Shown here piece by piece: positions 18,305 to 27,418 of a stretch of 64,000 nt of DNA. The position numbers were made by a program, and so were the translations under genes. A model generated the notes under the pieces. It saw nothing but the letters and a program-made list of their open reading frames with translations. It did not search any database and was not told where the DNA came from. Source of the stretch: Candidatus Kapaibacterium sp. GTDB lineage: Bacteria; Patescibacteriota; Patescibacteriia; UBA9934. The stretch's first letter is position 1. Each line of letters begins with the position of its first letter. Location: the NCBI GenBank assembly GCA_044350705.1, contig JBILHA010000001.1, positions 113,809 through 177,808 of the forward strand. Direction: 5' to 3'.

Positions 18305-19933
18305 ATGGAACATATTTCACGCTATCCCTCGTTGAGCACGCTCTTTGCTGGCGGTCTCATTCTTGCGGCCACCGTATTTTTGGGAGCTTTGGTTTTTCAG
18401 CCCACGGCAGCACATGCGGTTGCTCCGAACGGGTTTACTTCCGTAGAATATCGAGATTCTAATGCTGATGCCGCTATTGATCAGATCGTGGTCGTTGTTA
18501 ATGGAGGAGAGGCGCTTACTGCATGCGTAGTTACTTCCGGTGAGCTTACCAGTGACTGGTCTTATACCGGAGGATCTTTTGGAGGATCCATTGCTTCCGC
18601 AACGTGTAATACGGGAACGGCTACGATTACTTTTACGTTAACCGGCACTACTGCAAATTTGACCGGCGGTGGCACGGCGCCAACCATCTCATATAATAAT
18701 GGAGATACTGATAATTCCATTGCGAATGCGAGTGGAAATTTGGGAGGTGCAGGACCTACAAGTGCGACTGACGATGCAGGCCCTGTTCTTATTTCCTCTT
18801 CTCCTTATAGCCTTCAGCAACGTGTGAATCGTTGGTCTACCATTACGCTTACTTTTTCTGAAACCATTTCTTCTTTTGGAGATACGGTCTCTCCCTCAAC
18901 GATCAATACTACCAATTCTCATGCTACAGGTGTTACTACGGTTCGCTCGCTTGGACCTTGGCCATCCGGACAGATTACTTATACTATAGGGACTGCTTCG
19001 GATGCCGCTGCAAATACTTTTGCGGGAGTTAAGACAGGGGCTTCTGGTCTTGCAAACCCGCTCGTTTTCTCTGTAGCCTCTCAAGATAGTGATTCCGTTG
19101 CAGCTGAGGAGACATCAGGATCGGTCAGTATTCTTTCCCCTGAGGCTGATGACTCTTTGGATGCTGATAGTGCGGTAGAAATTTCCTGGTCTTCAGATGC
19201 TGAGGGCGCTTCTTATGCAACGCTTTCCTATTCAGAAGACGGAGGTTCTACATGGGAAATCATCGCAAGCAACACGCTTAATGATGGTTCATACATGTGG
19301 ACCGTTCCACACCTTCAGTCCGATGAGGTTATGGTGAAAATTGCCCTTACCGATTTGGCGGAAGAGCTTGCTTCTGACACTTCTGGGGCATTCACGGTGT
19401 GGTATTACGATGAAGATAACTCAGATGACTGGGAGGATGAAGATGGAAATCCTGATGCATATCCTGAGCGTGAAATTGATGGCATTGTTTCCGGAGACTT
19501 CATCAAAGTAGCAGGATCCACGACGATCTATTACGTCGACGAAGACATGAGCCGCCGTCCCTTCTTTGATGCTCAGACGTACTTTACCTACGAAGACGAT
19601 TTTGATGCCGTGACCGAGGTTTCGAGTAATACGCTTGCAAAGTTCTCCATTGGCGCACCGATGATGCCAAAGCCAGGTGTGGTTTTGGTCAAGATCCAGT
19701 CAGTTGCAAAGGTGTATATGGTAGAAGAAGCTGCAGATGGCTCCTATGAACTTCGCTGGATTACGAGCGAAGAGGTCGCAGAAGATATGTTCGGTTCCCA
19801 GTGGTCTTCTTATGTGCTCGATGTAGACGCGACTCTTTTTACGCGCTACGAGATGGGTGATGATGTCACCGATGCGGATGACGAAAGTGTAGATCGTGAC
19901 ATGATGAAAATGCGCATGCATTTGCATGAGTAA
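18305..19933 (+). CDS. secreted repeat protein, paralogue B
   Basis: Signal peptide, same domain order as paralogue A, plus an acidic insert (YYDEDNSDDWEDEDGNPDAYPE). Confidence 0.7.
   Translation: MEHISRYPSLSTLFAGGLILAATVFLGALVFQPTAAHAVAPNGFTSVEYRDSNADAAIDQIVVVVNGGEALTACVVTSGELTSDWSYTGGSFGGSIASATCNTGTATITFTLTGTTANLTGGGTAPTISYNNGDTDNSIANASGNLGGAGPTSATDDAGPVLISSSPYSLQQRVNRWSTITLTFSETISSFGDTVSPSTINTTNSHATGVTTVRSLGPWPSGQITYTIGTASDAAANTFAGVKTGASGLANPLVFSVASQDSDSVAAEETSGSVSILSPEADDSLDADSAVEISWSSDAEGASYATLSYSEDGGSTWEIIASNTLNDGSYMWTVPHLQSDEVMVKIALTDLAEELASDTSGAFTVWYYDEDNSDDWEDEDGNPDAYPEREIDGIVSGDFIKVAGSTTIYYVDEDMSRRPFFDAQTYFTYEDDFDAVTEVSSNTLAKFSIGAPMMPKPGVVLVKIQSVAKVYMVEEAADGSYELRWITSEEVAEDMFGSQWSSYVLDVDATLFTRYEMGDDVTDADDESVDRDMMKMRMHLHE
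19526..19933 (+). repeat. 408-bp perfect direct repeat, copy 2 (3' end of paralogue B)
   Basis: Identical to 17771..18178. Confidence 0.9.
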
Positions 19934-19947
19934 CGAGGTTTATAAAG

Positions 19948-19988
19948 ACCCCTCATCGCCCCTGTGGAGCGATGAGGGGTTTTGTTTT
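19948..19988 (+). terminator. rho-independent terminator
   Basis: ACCCCTCATCGC-CCCTGTGGA-GCGATGAGGGGT followed by TTTGTTTT. Confidence 0.7.
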
Positions 19989-20022
19989 ACGGGTAAAAAA
20001 GAATGTGATAGCCTAGAGCGGT

Positions 20023-21414
20023 ATGTCGCTTACCATGGATAAGTTGGTTTCTTTCTGTAAAAGCCGCGGTTTTGTATTCCCGAGCTCAGAAATTTACGGT
20101 GGTTTTGCTGCCGTTTATGATTATGGTCAATTAGGTGTAGAACTTGCTCATAACATTAAAAAGGCATGGTGGAAAGCCATGGTGCAAATGCGTCCTGATA
20201 TTGTGGGGCTTGATTCGGCAATCTTCATGCATCCTAAAATTTGGCATGCAAGTGGACATGTTGGCGGCTTTTCTGATCCGCTTACCGAATGTAAATCGTG
20301 CCACACGCGTTCTCGCGTTGACCATCTTTTAGAAGATATTGGTGTTATCGCTGATGAGAAAATGAGTGAGGAGGAAATAAACGCGCTCTTCATGGAAAAC
20401 ATGAGGAAGATTTCTTGCCCAAAATGTGGAAAAAATGATTTTTCACCGGTAAAGAAGTTTAATCTTCTTGTGCAGTCAAATTTGGGAAATTTTACTGGTG
20501 ATGATAAAGAGCCGGTTTATCTTCGAGGAGAAACGTGTCAGGGTATTTATGTAAATTTTGAGAATGTTCTCAATTCTTCTCGTAAGAAATTGCCTTTTGG
20601 TATTGCGCAAATTGGTAAAGCTTTCCGCAATGAGATTACTGCGCGTCAATTTGTATTTCGTACTCGTGAATTTGAGCAGATGGAAATGCAGTATTTTACT
20701 CGTCCTGAGCAAGAGATGGAGGAATACGAGAAGCTTCGTCAGATGCGTTGGCAGTACTATCTTGATCTTGGTATCAAGAAAGAAAATTTGCAGTGGCACA
20801 AGCATGAAAATTTGGTGTTTTATGCCAAGGAGGCGTATGACATTGAATATAACTTTCCGTTTGGTTTTAAAGAACTTGAAGGTATTCATGCTCGGGGCAA
20901 CTATGATCTCACACAGCATTCTACCTTTTCGGGTCAGCGGCTTGAATATATTGATCCGGTTACCAATGAGAAGTTCATTCCTCATATCATCGAATCTTCT
21001 GTTGGCGTAGGGCGAACACTTTTAGCGGTTCTTACTGATGCGTACCATGAAGAAGAAGTCGATGGTGAAACGCGTATTGTCATGAAATTTCCTCCCAAGC
21101 TCGCACCTTATAAGGTTGCCGTTTTGCCGCTTTCTAAGAAAGAGAATCTTTCTTCAGTTGCGCAGGAAATCGCTCAGAAGCTCCGTGCTTCGTTTATGAC
21201 GGATTATGACGAGACCCAATCGATCGGGAAGCGCTACCGCCGTCAGGATGAGATTGGTACGCCGTTTTGCGTGACGGTTGACTTTGATACGTTGGGAGAA
21301 GGGGATGCATTGCTTAAGGATACGGTTACTGTTCGCGAACGAGACACGATGAAGCAGGAGCGCATTGCAATTACCGATCTTGTTTCTTATTTACGTGAAA
21401 GGATTGAATCCTAG
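20023..21414 (+). CDS. glyQS: glycine--tRNA ligase, dimeric class II type
   Basis: FPSSEIYGGFAAVYDYGQLG..., the conserved alpha2-type GlyRS N-terminus, with class II motifs and a C-terminal anticodon-binding domain. Confidence 0.88.
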   Translation: MSLTMDKLVSFCKSRGFVFPSSEIYGGFAAVYDYGQLGVELAHNIKKAWWKAMVQMRPDIVGLDSAIFMHPKIWHASGHVGGFSDPLTECKSCHTRSRVDHLLEDIGVIADEKMSEEEINALFMENMRKISCPKCGKNDFSPVKKFNLLVQSNLGNFTGDDKEPVYLRGETCQGIYVNFENVLNSSRKKLPFGIAQIGKAFRNEITARQFVFRTREFEQMEMQYFTRPEQEMEEYEKLRQMRWQYYLDLGIKKENLQWHKHENLVFYAKEAYDIEYNFPFGFKELEGIHARGNYDLTQHSTFSGQRLEYIDPVTNEKFIPHIIESSVGVGRTLLAVLTDAYHEEEVDGETRIVMKFPPKLAPYKVAVLPLSKKENLSSVAQEIAQKLRASFMTDYDETQSIGKRYRRQDEIGTPFCVTVDFDTLGEGDALLKDTVTVRERDTMKQERIAITDLVSYLRERIES

Positions 21415-21420
21415 TTCCTT

Positions 21421-22698
21421 TTGGTTATGACCATTCAAAAAACTCTTGCAAATGGTGCACGTGTCGTTTTAGCGCCTTTTTCGGGTACAGAGGCTGCGGC
21501 GATTCTTGTGCTCTTTAAGGTCGGTTCTCGCAATGAAGAACTTCCCGTGTGGGGAGCGTCTCATTTTATTGAGCATCTCATGTTTAAGGGTACTGAGCGC
21601 CGTCCGCGTACCGTGGATATTTCGCAAGAGCTTGATCGTTACGGGGCGCAGTACAATGCATATACGGGTAAGGATTTAACGGGATATTGGGTGAAGATTT
21701 CTTCTCAGCAGCTTCCTGTGGCGGTTGATTTACTTCATGACATGATCTTTCATTCCAAGTTTGATCCCGAGGAGCTGGAGCGTGAAAAGCGGGTTATCAT
21801 TGAAGAGATCAAAATGTATGAAGAAAATCCGATCATGCATATTGATGATCTTCTGGAAGAGGCGGTTTTTGATGGTCATGTATTGGGAAGAAATATTGCG
21901 GGAACGCCTGATTCTTTGCGTGCGATGACACGTGAGGATGTTCTTGCTTATCGAGATACTTTCTATCGTCCTGAGAACATGGTTATTGTTGCTGCGGGAA
22001 ACCTTGCCGAGTCTACTTTTTCACGTATTGAAGAAACCTTTGGATCTGTTCCTGCTCGCGAAGGAGAAATTCCTGCCGATATTCCTTTTTCTTCTGCATT
22101 TGAGCAAGGACGTATTCGTCGTCAGTATAAAGATGTTGAACAAGTTCAGGTTTCTCTTGGTTTTCCTACGGTAGGTAGAGGGCACGTGGATGAGATGCCG
22201 CTGCGATTGCTTAGCTCTATTTTAGGGGGGACCATGAGTTCTCGCTTGTTTGTAGAAGTGCGTGAACGACGAGGCTTATGTTATACCATTCGTTCGGGCG
22301 CTCAATCGTATCAGGATGCCGGTATGTTCACGATACGTGCTGGTTTGGATGCCGCTCGTCTTCCAGAGGCGTTACAGGTCATTTGTGATGAGCTGAAGAA
22401 GGTTGTTCAAGAAGGAGTATCTCCGGAAGAGCTTTCTATGGTGAAGGATCATGTTCGGGGAAGTCTTGCGCTTTCTTTGGAAGATTCTGCTGATCGTGCC
22501 GAGTTTTATGCACGCAAGCTGCTTTTCTTAGGAAAGATCGAAGAGCCTCTTGAGCGTTTAGCGCGATATGATGCGGTTACGCAGGAGGATATTGCGCGTG
22601 TTGCGCGCACCTATTTCTCGTTTGATAAACTTTCTCTTGCCGCAATCGGTCCCTTTTCTTCCGATGAAGAACTCGCTGCAATGCTCCCAAAGGTGTAG
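21421..22698 (+). CDS. M16-family zinc metallopeptidase (insulinase-like)
   Basis: Inverted zinc motif HFIEH...E and two M16 domains. Confidence 0.8.
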   Translation: MVMTIQKTLANGARVVLAPFSGTEAAAILVLFKVGSRNEELPVWGASHFIEHLMFKGTERRPRTVDISQELDRYGAQYNAYTGKDLTGYWVKISSQQLPVAVDLLHDMIFHSKFDPEELEREKRVIIEEIKMYEENPIMHIDDLLEEAVFDGHVLGRNIAGTPDSLRAMTREDVLAYRDTFYRPENMVIVAAGNLAESTFSRIEETFGSVPAREGEIPADIPFSSAFEQGRIRRQYKDVEQVQVSLGFPTVGRGHVDEMPLRLLSSILGGTMSSRLFVEVRERRGLCYTIRSGAQSYQDAGMFTIRAGLDAARLPEALQVICDELKKVVQEGVSPEELSMVKDHVRGSLALSLEDSADRAEFYARKLLFLGKIEEPLERLARYDAVTQEDIARVARTYFSFDKLSLAAIGPFSSDEELAAMLPKV

Positions 22699-22750
22699 AG
22701 TGGGATAAGAGGAGGCGGTGCCTGCGGAGAAGGTGATTAACGTATATCCT

Positions 22751-23533
22751 ATGGAGAAACTCGTCATTGCGAATTGGAAGATGAATCTGGGCATTCGCGA
22801 GTCTTTAGCACTTGCAAAGACCGTACTTTTAGCTCTCCAAGGGAAAGAAGTGGCTCCCAAGGTTGTGCTTTGCCCTTCTTTTTTGGCGCTCTCAGATGTG
22901 CATAAAATTATCGCTCGTTCTCGCATTGCCCTTGGTGCACAAAATGTTGGCCCAGAGCGTTTTGGTGCCTTTACGGGAGAGGTAGGCGTTGGGCATTTAG
23001 ATGATGTTGGATGTTCTTATGTGCTTCTTGGGCATTCTGAGCGAAGACAGTTTTTTAGTGAAACTGATGAACTATTGCGGAAGAAAATGCTTGCAGTGGT
23101 AAAAGGAAAGCGTATACAGCCGATCCTTTGCGTGGGGGAGTCTTTAGAGGAACGGGAATCGGGAGAGGCGATTCAAGCGGTTGTGCGAATGCTTCGTCGA
23201 TCTCTTGCGGCGGTAGAGATTCCTCAAGGGGCTCCCTTGCCTATTATTGCGTATGAGCCTGTATGGGCCATTGGAAGCGGGAAGCAGCCTCCTGTGGGGG
23301 ATGTTTTGGAGATTGTTCGCGCGCTTCGCCAGACCTTAGAGGAGCTTTTTCCTAAACGATCTGCGTATTCAGTGGTGTATGGAGGCTCGATTAGCGCCCA
23401 AAATGCGTACAGTTTTTTGCGAGAGCCGGAAATTGATGGAGTACTTGTGGGTGGAGCAAGTTTAAAAGTTCAAGAATTTCAAGGGATTCTTTCTGCGGCG
23501 TGTGAGGTCATGACATATCAATCTTCCTCTTAA
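22751..23533 (+). CDS. tpiA: triose-phosphate isomerase
   Basis: IANWKMN...GHSERR...CVGE...YEPVWAIGSG, the canonical TIM motifs. Start moved to M12 (ATG 22751). Confidence 0.88.
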   Translation: MEKLVIANWKMNLGIRESLALAKTVLLALQGKEVAPKVVLCPSFLALSDVHKIIARSRIALGAQNVGPERFGAFTGEVGVGHLDDVGCSYVLLGHSERRQFFSETDELLRKKMLAVVKGKRIQPILCVGESLEERESGEAIQAVVRMLRRSLAAVEIPQGAPLPIIAYEPVWAIGSGKQPPVGDVLEIVRALRQTLEELFPKRSAYSVVYGGSISAQNAYSFLREPEIDGVLVGGASLKVQEFQGILSAACEVMTYQSSS

Positions 23534-23535
23534 GT

Positions 23536-24378
23536 ATGAGTTTTTGGATTATTGCAGGTCTTGTTTGCGTAGCGGGAGGGCTGTTGTTGTGTGGTGTGCT
23601 TTTTTTTCGGAAGTTAAAAACGTTACGCATGTTAGATCCCGATACTTCCCAGACCATTCGAGAGAAGAAGTTGCGTAATCGTATTATGGAGGATCGTATG
23701 CAGCGTACGATGCAGACGCACGTTGGTAAGCTGGTATATCTTCTTCTTATCCCTTGGCGTGCTTTTCAGCATGCTTTTCGTCGGGCTGCAGGAAAGCTTG
23801 TTGCTATTGAGCGAAGATATCATCGAGAACGGGCGCGTGATGTGCAGATTTCTCCTGATGAGTTACAGTCCATGCTTGTCGAGGCGGAGCGTGCGCTTCG
23901 AGAAGAGCGTTATCAAGCTGCGGAGGAACGATTAGTGGAATTGATTAGCGCTGCGCCCAAATATGCGCATGCTTATGAAGTTCTTTCTCGGGTATACGCT
24001 GCAAAGCGTGAGTGGAAAGAGGCCTTAGAGTCACTTACTTGTTATGTAAAGCTTTCTCCAAAAGATGCGGAGGGGCGTTTTCTTCTCGGAAGTCTTTATG
24101 AAGATATGCACGAGAAAGAAAAGGCGTTCTTGGAGTATGAACGTGCGCTCGAGAAATCCCCGCATAATCCAAAATATCTTGATGCCTACATTTCACTTGC
24201 TCTTGTTCTTAAGCGACATGTCGAGGGTTTGAAGGCGTTGAAGACCTTGCGGGAGGTCAACCCTGAGAATGCAAAGATTACAGATTTTCTTCAGGCTTTA
24301 GGAGGAGAAAATCAGGATCCGGAAGAACCCCGGGTTTCACGTACAAGAAAAAAGAAAGAAACAGAAAAGAACCCATAA
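23536..24378 (+). CDS. TPR-repeat protein with N-terminal TM anchor
   Basis: TM helix followed by TPR-like helical repeats (AHAYEVLSRVYAAKREWKEALE..., KAFLEYERALEKSP). Confidence 0.55.
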   Translation: MSFWIIAGLVCVAGGLLLCGVLFFRKLKTLRMLDPDTSQTIREKKLRNRIMEDRMQRTMQTHVGKLVYLLLIPWRAFQHAFRRAAGKLVAIERRYHRERARDVQISPDELQSMLVEAERALREERYQAAEERLVELISAAPKYAHAYEVLSRVYAAKREWKEALESLTCYVKLSPKDAEGRFLLGSLYEDMHEKEKAFLEYERALEKSPHNPKYLDAYISLALVLKRHVEGLKALKTLREVNPENAKITDFLQALGGENQDPEEPRVSRTRKKKETEKNP

Positions 24379-24397
24379 GGGTTCTTTTCTTTTTTTT
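24367..24397. terminator. bidirectional terminator shared by TPR gene and rpmG
   Basis: AAGAACCC-ATAA-GGGTTCTT with an A-run on one side and a T-run on the other. It overlaps the TPR stop codon. Confidence 0.65.
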
Positions 24398-24551
24398 ACT
24401 TTGTTTCCTTGAACATTTGGTGATCTCCGCAAACCTTGCAGTGCTTTTTGATATTCAAGCGGTTCTTGAGAGTCTTTTTGTTTTTGTGGGTGCGGTAACC
24501 AATGCCTTTGCATTTTTCGCACTCCATTTTGATGGCGTTATCTTGAGACAT
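24396..24551 (-). CDS. rpmG: 50S ribosomal protein L33
   Basis: Hand-translated minus-strand frame MSQDNAIKMECEKCKGIGYRTHKNKKTLKNRLNIKKHCKVCGDHQMFKETK* with the L33 zinc ribbon (CxxC...CxxC). Absent from the ORF track because it is under 60 aa. Confidence 0.8.
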   Translation of the reverse strand: MSQDNAIKMECEKCKGIGYRTHKNKKTLKNRLNIKKHCKVCGDHQMFKETK

Positions 24552-24637
24552 ACGGGTTTAAAAAGGATTGGGCCTATTCTACGCCAATCCTCAAAAAAGC
24601 GCAAGTCTTACCCTCTTTTAGGGTATGATGGCTCTGT

Positions 24638-25735
24638 ATGAGATCTTTTTCTCGATTTTCTCCATTTTTGTTGTTTTTTCTCGTATTTTTTGGGGGTGTT
24701 TTCCTTATTATTTCACTCCCTCGGGAAACGGATACTATGCAGGGAATGGTTGAAAATACGGTTATTCACATGCCGGAAGAGCAGGTTGAGGAGCTCTTGT
24801 CTCCGGGATATTATGCTCTTTTTTCCTTGAATGCTCATGATTGGGCTCATTCTGAAGAGAGTATTGTGGTCATTGAGCGGGTTTTGGACCTTCATGAAAC
24901 CTATGGGGTTCCGGTAGATATTTATTTTACCGATCCGCTTTTCCGTTATGCGGTTGAGTTCAGTCCCGAGCTTATCGATCGCCTGAAAGGTTCTCAGGTA
25001 GCTACGGTTGCGTATCATATTCGACCGCCCGTGCCTTATTATCCGGGATTTGATTGGTTTTCCCTTTCTTCTTTCTCAGAAGAGGAGCTCTATCGTGTGT
25101 TATGGGAATATGAATCTCGTGCATTGGACTTGGAAAGCGGGAGTTCTACACAGGAATTGGGAGGGTATGCGTATGTAAAAGAGGTTATGGGGTATGCGCC
25201 TCCAGGCGTCGGAATATTGCCTGGTGGAAAGGTGGGAAGTGTATTAGGGGATGTTTATGCTGACATGGGGGCGACTTTTATGACTACTCATGAGCGAAGT
25301 ACCACTCTCGGAGAAGCGTATGGCTCGACGGGACTTTTTTATCGTCCTGAGGATGTTGATATAAAAATTTATGAATATGCTCGACAGACTCAGCAGGGCG
25401 GGGGAATTCTCGAGCAATATATGGGTCAGGAGGAGCTTATCTCCCCTTATTTTTTAGGCATTCACTATCATGATGATAACTTTTACTGGACAGGAGGAAC
25501 GCCGTGGTGGCCAGTGTTTTTTACTTCTTCCGAATCTGACAAGGATGATGAAGTTCTGACGCGGCGGGATCCTCCTTTTGATCCAGATGCTGCGGGAACG
25601 GTAGGTCGTTTTCAAACTGAAGAGGAGAATGGGCAGGATTGGGCCCTTTACGAATCTACCGTGCGGTATGTTGCTGAGCATCCTGAACAGGTGATGCCTA
25701 TGAATCTTTTTATGCTTCGCGAGTTTGTGCAATAA
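24638..25735 (+). CDS. hypothetical membrane-anchored extracytoplasmic protein
   Basis: 365-aa ORF with an N-terminal TM helix. Confidence 0.5.
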   Translation: MRSFSRFSPFLLFFLVFFGGVFLIISLPRETDTMQGMVENTVIHMPEEQVEELLSPGYYALFSLNAHDWAHSEESIVVIERVLDLHETYGVPVDIYFTDPLFRYAVEFSPELIDRLKGSQVATVAYHIRPPVPYYPGFDWFSLSSFSEEELYRVLWEYESRALDLESGSSTQELGGYAYVKEVMGYAPPGVGILPGGKVGSVLGDVYADMGATFMTTHERSTTLGEAYGSTGLFYRPEDVDIKIYEYARQTQQGGGILEQYMGQEELISPYFLGIHYHDDNFYWTGGTPWWPVFFTSSESDKDDEVLTRRDPPFDPDAAGTVGRFQTEEENGQDWALYESTVRYVAEHPEQVMPMNLFMLREFVQ

Positions 25736-25743
25736 AGAGAAAC

Positions 25744-25786
25744 AAAAAACCCCACTTTGCTTTTTTGAAGCTTGGTGGGGATTTTT
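25744..25786. terminator. bidirectional rho-independent terminator
   Basis: CCCCAC-(19 nt)-GTGGGG flanked by an A-run (left) and ATTTTT (right). It ends the + strand CDS and also lies just past the 3' CCA of the minus-strand tRNA-Thr 3' half. Confidence 0.6.
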
Positions 25787-25832
25787 GGAGCCACAGACCA
25801 GGATTGAACTGGTGACCTCGTCCTTACCATGG
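25786..25832 (-). other. displaced 3' half of the chromosomal tRNA-Thr(GGU) gene (anticodon loop to CCA), followed by the native terminator
   Basis: Minus strand reads (CC)ATGGTAA-GGACG-AGGTC-ACCAG-TTCAATC-CTGGT-CTGTGGC-T-CCA. Joined to the 5' half at 44521..44561 it makes a perfect intron-less 76-nt tRNA, with anticodon stem CGTCC/GGACG and acceptor GCCGCAG/CTGTGGC. Confidence 0.7.
25821..25832. repeat. 12-bp att core, left copy (TCCTTACCATGG)
   Basis: Identical to 44521..44532. It covers the anticodon loop (tRNA positions 30-41) of the split tRNA-Thr(GGU). Confidence 0.7.
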
Positions 25833-25997
25833 GAGGGGTCGAGTCCGAAAATCCAGATTCTTGGCTAGCTGTAGTAAAGAAACCGTGAAAATGAGGAGCT
25901 TCAGCAATCCATCTACTCGACCACTTCCACAATTAGTTACGCGGTAAATTATGCCGTGATTCAAAGCTACAGTCAAGCTTGATCAGGGCCGAAGGGA

Positions 25998-26399
25998 TTA
26001 CTTGAATGCGATCTCGAAATCGTACATGCCCATTCCACAGGTTCCTTCAAGTGTTCCTTGGGCTTTATTTGCGGCGATAGCAATCGTCTCTACACCCGTC
26101 GGCTCAAGAATACTGTCGTAGTCGAGTTCGAGGATAACTAGGCTAGCCGAGCAGTCAAAGGTGCCCTGTGTCGCTACACGCAACTCAGTGGCCACTCCGG
26201 CCTTTGCCTCAACAAATTTTGGGGTGTAACCGCCTTTGGCTGTGAGGTCGATCACCTGCACCCCGTCCTGCATGCTCACCGCGCTATTGTCGTCCGTGAC
26301 GACGGTGGCGGCATTGTTGCTCTTTAGGGCGAAGGAAAGAACGAGTAAGCCCACGATCGCACCACAGAATATCAACGCAACTTTCGAATCCTTTTGCAT
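25998..26399 (-). CDS. cupredoxin-like copper-binding protein (N-terminal TM anchor)
   Basis: 133 aa. TM helix and C-terminal Cys/Met cluster (TCGMGMYDF). Paralogue of 60509..60913, in the same operon position. Confidence 0.6.
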   Translation of the reverse strand: MQKDSKVALIFCGAIVGLLVLSFALKSNNAATVVTDDNSAVSMQDGVQVIDLTAKGGYTPKFVEAKAGVATELRVATQGTFDCSASLVILELDYDSILEPTGVETIAIAANKAQGTLEGTCGMGMYDFEIAFK

Positions 26400-26412
26400 A
26401 TTTCAATAAAGA

Positions 26413-27417
26413 TTATACGACCCCGAGTGCGCTGAGTGCATTCCACACATTGAAGAGGGCGAGAACGATGACCACGAGACCAGCCGCCTTGAAGAAGACG
26501 CCTTTCCACGGTTTGTTCGAGATCTCCAGCGCGCCGAAGGAAAGAAGCGCAAGCACAGGCAACGTACCAAGAGCGAAAAAGAACATCGTCATGGCACCAG
26601 AGAGGAAACTCCCCGTTGTGAGTGTGTAGACCTGCATCGACTGTGTGAAACCACATGGGAGGAAGAACGTGCCAATACCGACCAGCAGTGGCGCGAGCGC
26701 ATGCGAAGACTCAGCGGTGAGCTTTGTCTTCTTGGCAAAGAAGCTCGGGAGCTTCGGCTGAAGACGCTTGAATGCTGGGAACGTATCGAGCAGGTTCAAG
26801 CCGAGAATGAGCATGACGAGCGCAACCGCGATACTCAGGATCACGTTTCCGACGAGACCAAGCTGGAACAGCTTTCCGGCGCTACCAATAACGCCACCTA
26901 GCAAGAAGAATCCTCCCAAGCGTCCGACATGAAACATCGCCTGTGACGACCACCGTGCATTGTTCTTGGCGGCGCTCGCTGAGAGCGAAAGTACGAGACC
27001 TCCCACAACCGCGAGACACGTCGAGACCGAAGCAATAAGTCCGATGAGCAATGCTGTGCCATAAGTGACATCTCCGGTCGATACGAGGTTCACGATACCC
27101 AGCTGCTGTAACAGCATGAAGCCAATAATGGCCGTCGCTGCTGCTGGCACTGCAATGATGAAATCGCGATAGCTTGGCTTTGTCGCAGGCTTCTCAAGGG
27201 TAAGGCGGTAGCCACCACCGGACACGAATGCAGTGAGCTTCTGCGCAAGCGCGCTCGGGTCATCGGCGAAGTCGCCCGATACCACGACCGCACACACGTT
27301 CAAATCCGCCTTTACATGCGTAACGCCTTCTTTCCCGGGGAGCGTTTCCTCAAGGTAGAAGACGCACGAGGCACAGTGCATGCCTTCGACGTGGAATGTG
27401 TGTTTTGTATCGGCCAT
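26413..27417 (-). CDS. heavy-metal-associated domain fused to a TauE/SafE- or CcdA-like membrane domain
   Basis: N-terminal HMA motif GMHCASCV, then about 8 TM helices. Paralogue of 59493..60509. Confidence 0.65.
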   Translation of the reverse strand: MADTKHTFHVEGMHCASCVFYLEETLPGKEGVTHVKADLNVCAVVVSGDFADDPSALAQKLTAFVSGGGYRLTLEKPATKPSYRDFIIAVPAAATAIIGFMLLQQLGIVNLVSTGDVTYGTALLIGLIASVSTCLAVVGGLVLSLSASAAKNNARWSSQAMFHVGRLGGFFLLGGVIGSAGKLFQLGLVGNVILSIAVALVMLILGLNLLDTFPAFKRLQPKLPSFFAKKTKLTAESSHALAPLLVGIGTFFLPCGFTQSMQVYTLTTGSFLSGAMTMFFFALGTLPVLALLSFGALEISNKPWKGVFFKAAGLVVIVLALFNVWNALSALGVV

Positions 27418-27418
27418 A

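Noticed and set aside
24417-24641. ORF-track + strand 74-aa ORF.
   Set aside because: The opposite strand encodes a clear ribosomal protein L33 with a zinc ribbon; the + ORF is a shadow frame.
25786-25997. Possible tmRNA (ssrA): the minus strand ends in a tRNA-like T-arm/acceptor/CCA, contains GGACG and a TCTGGATT...CGAC motif reminiscent of the tmRNA tRNA-like domain, and has its own terminator.
   Set aside because: Only about 210 nt are available before the upstream CDS. No 5' acceptor strand complementary to CTGTGGC is found, and no tag-peptide frame ending in ...AA-stop. The 3' part instead pairs perfectly with the tRNA 5' half at 44521..44561 and shares a 12-bp repeat with it, so it is the displaced 3' half of tRNA-Thr(GGU).
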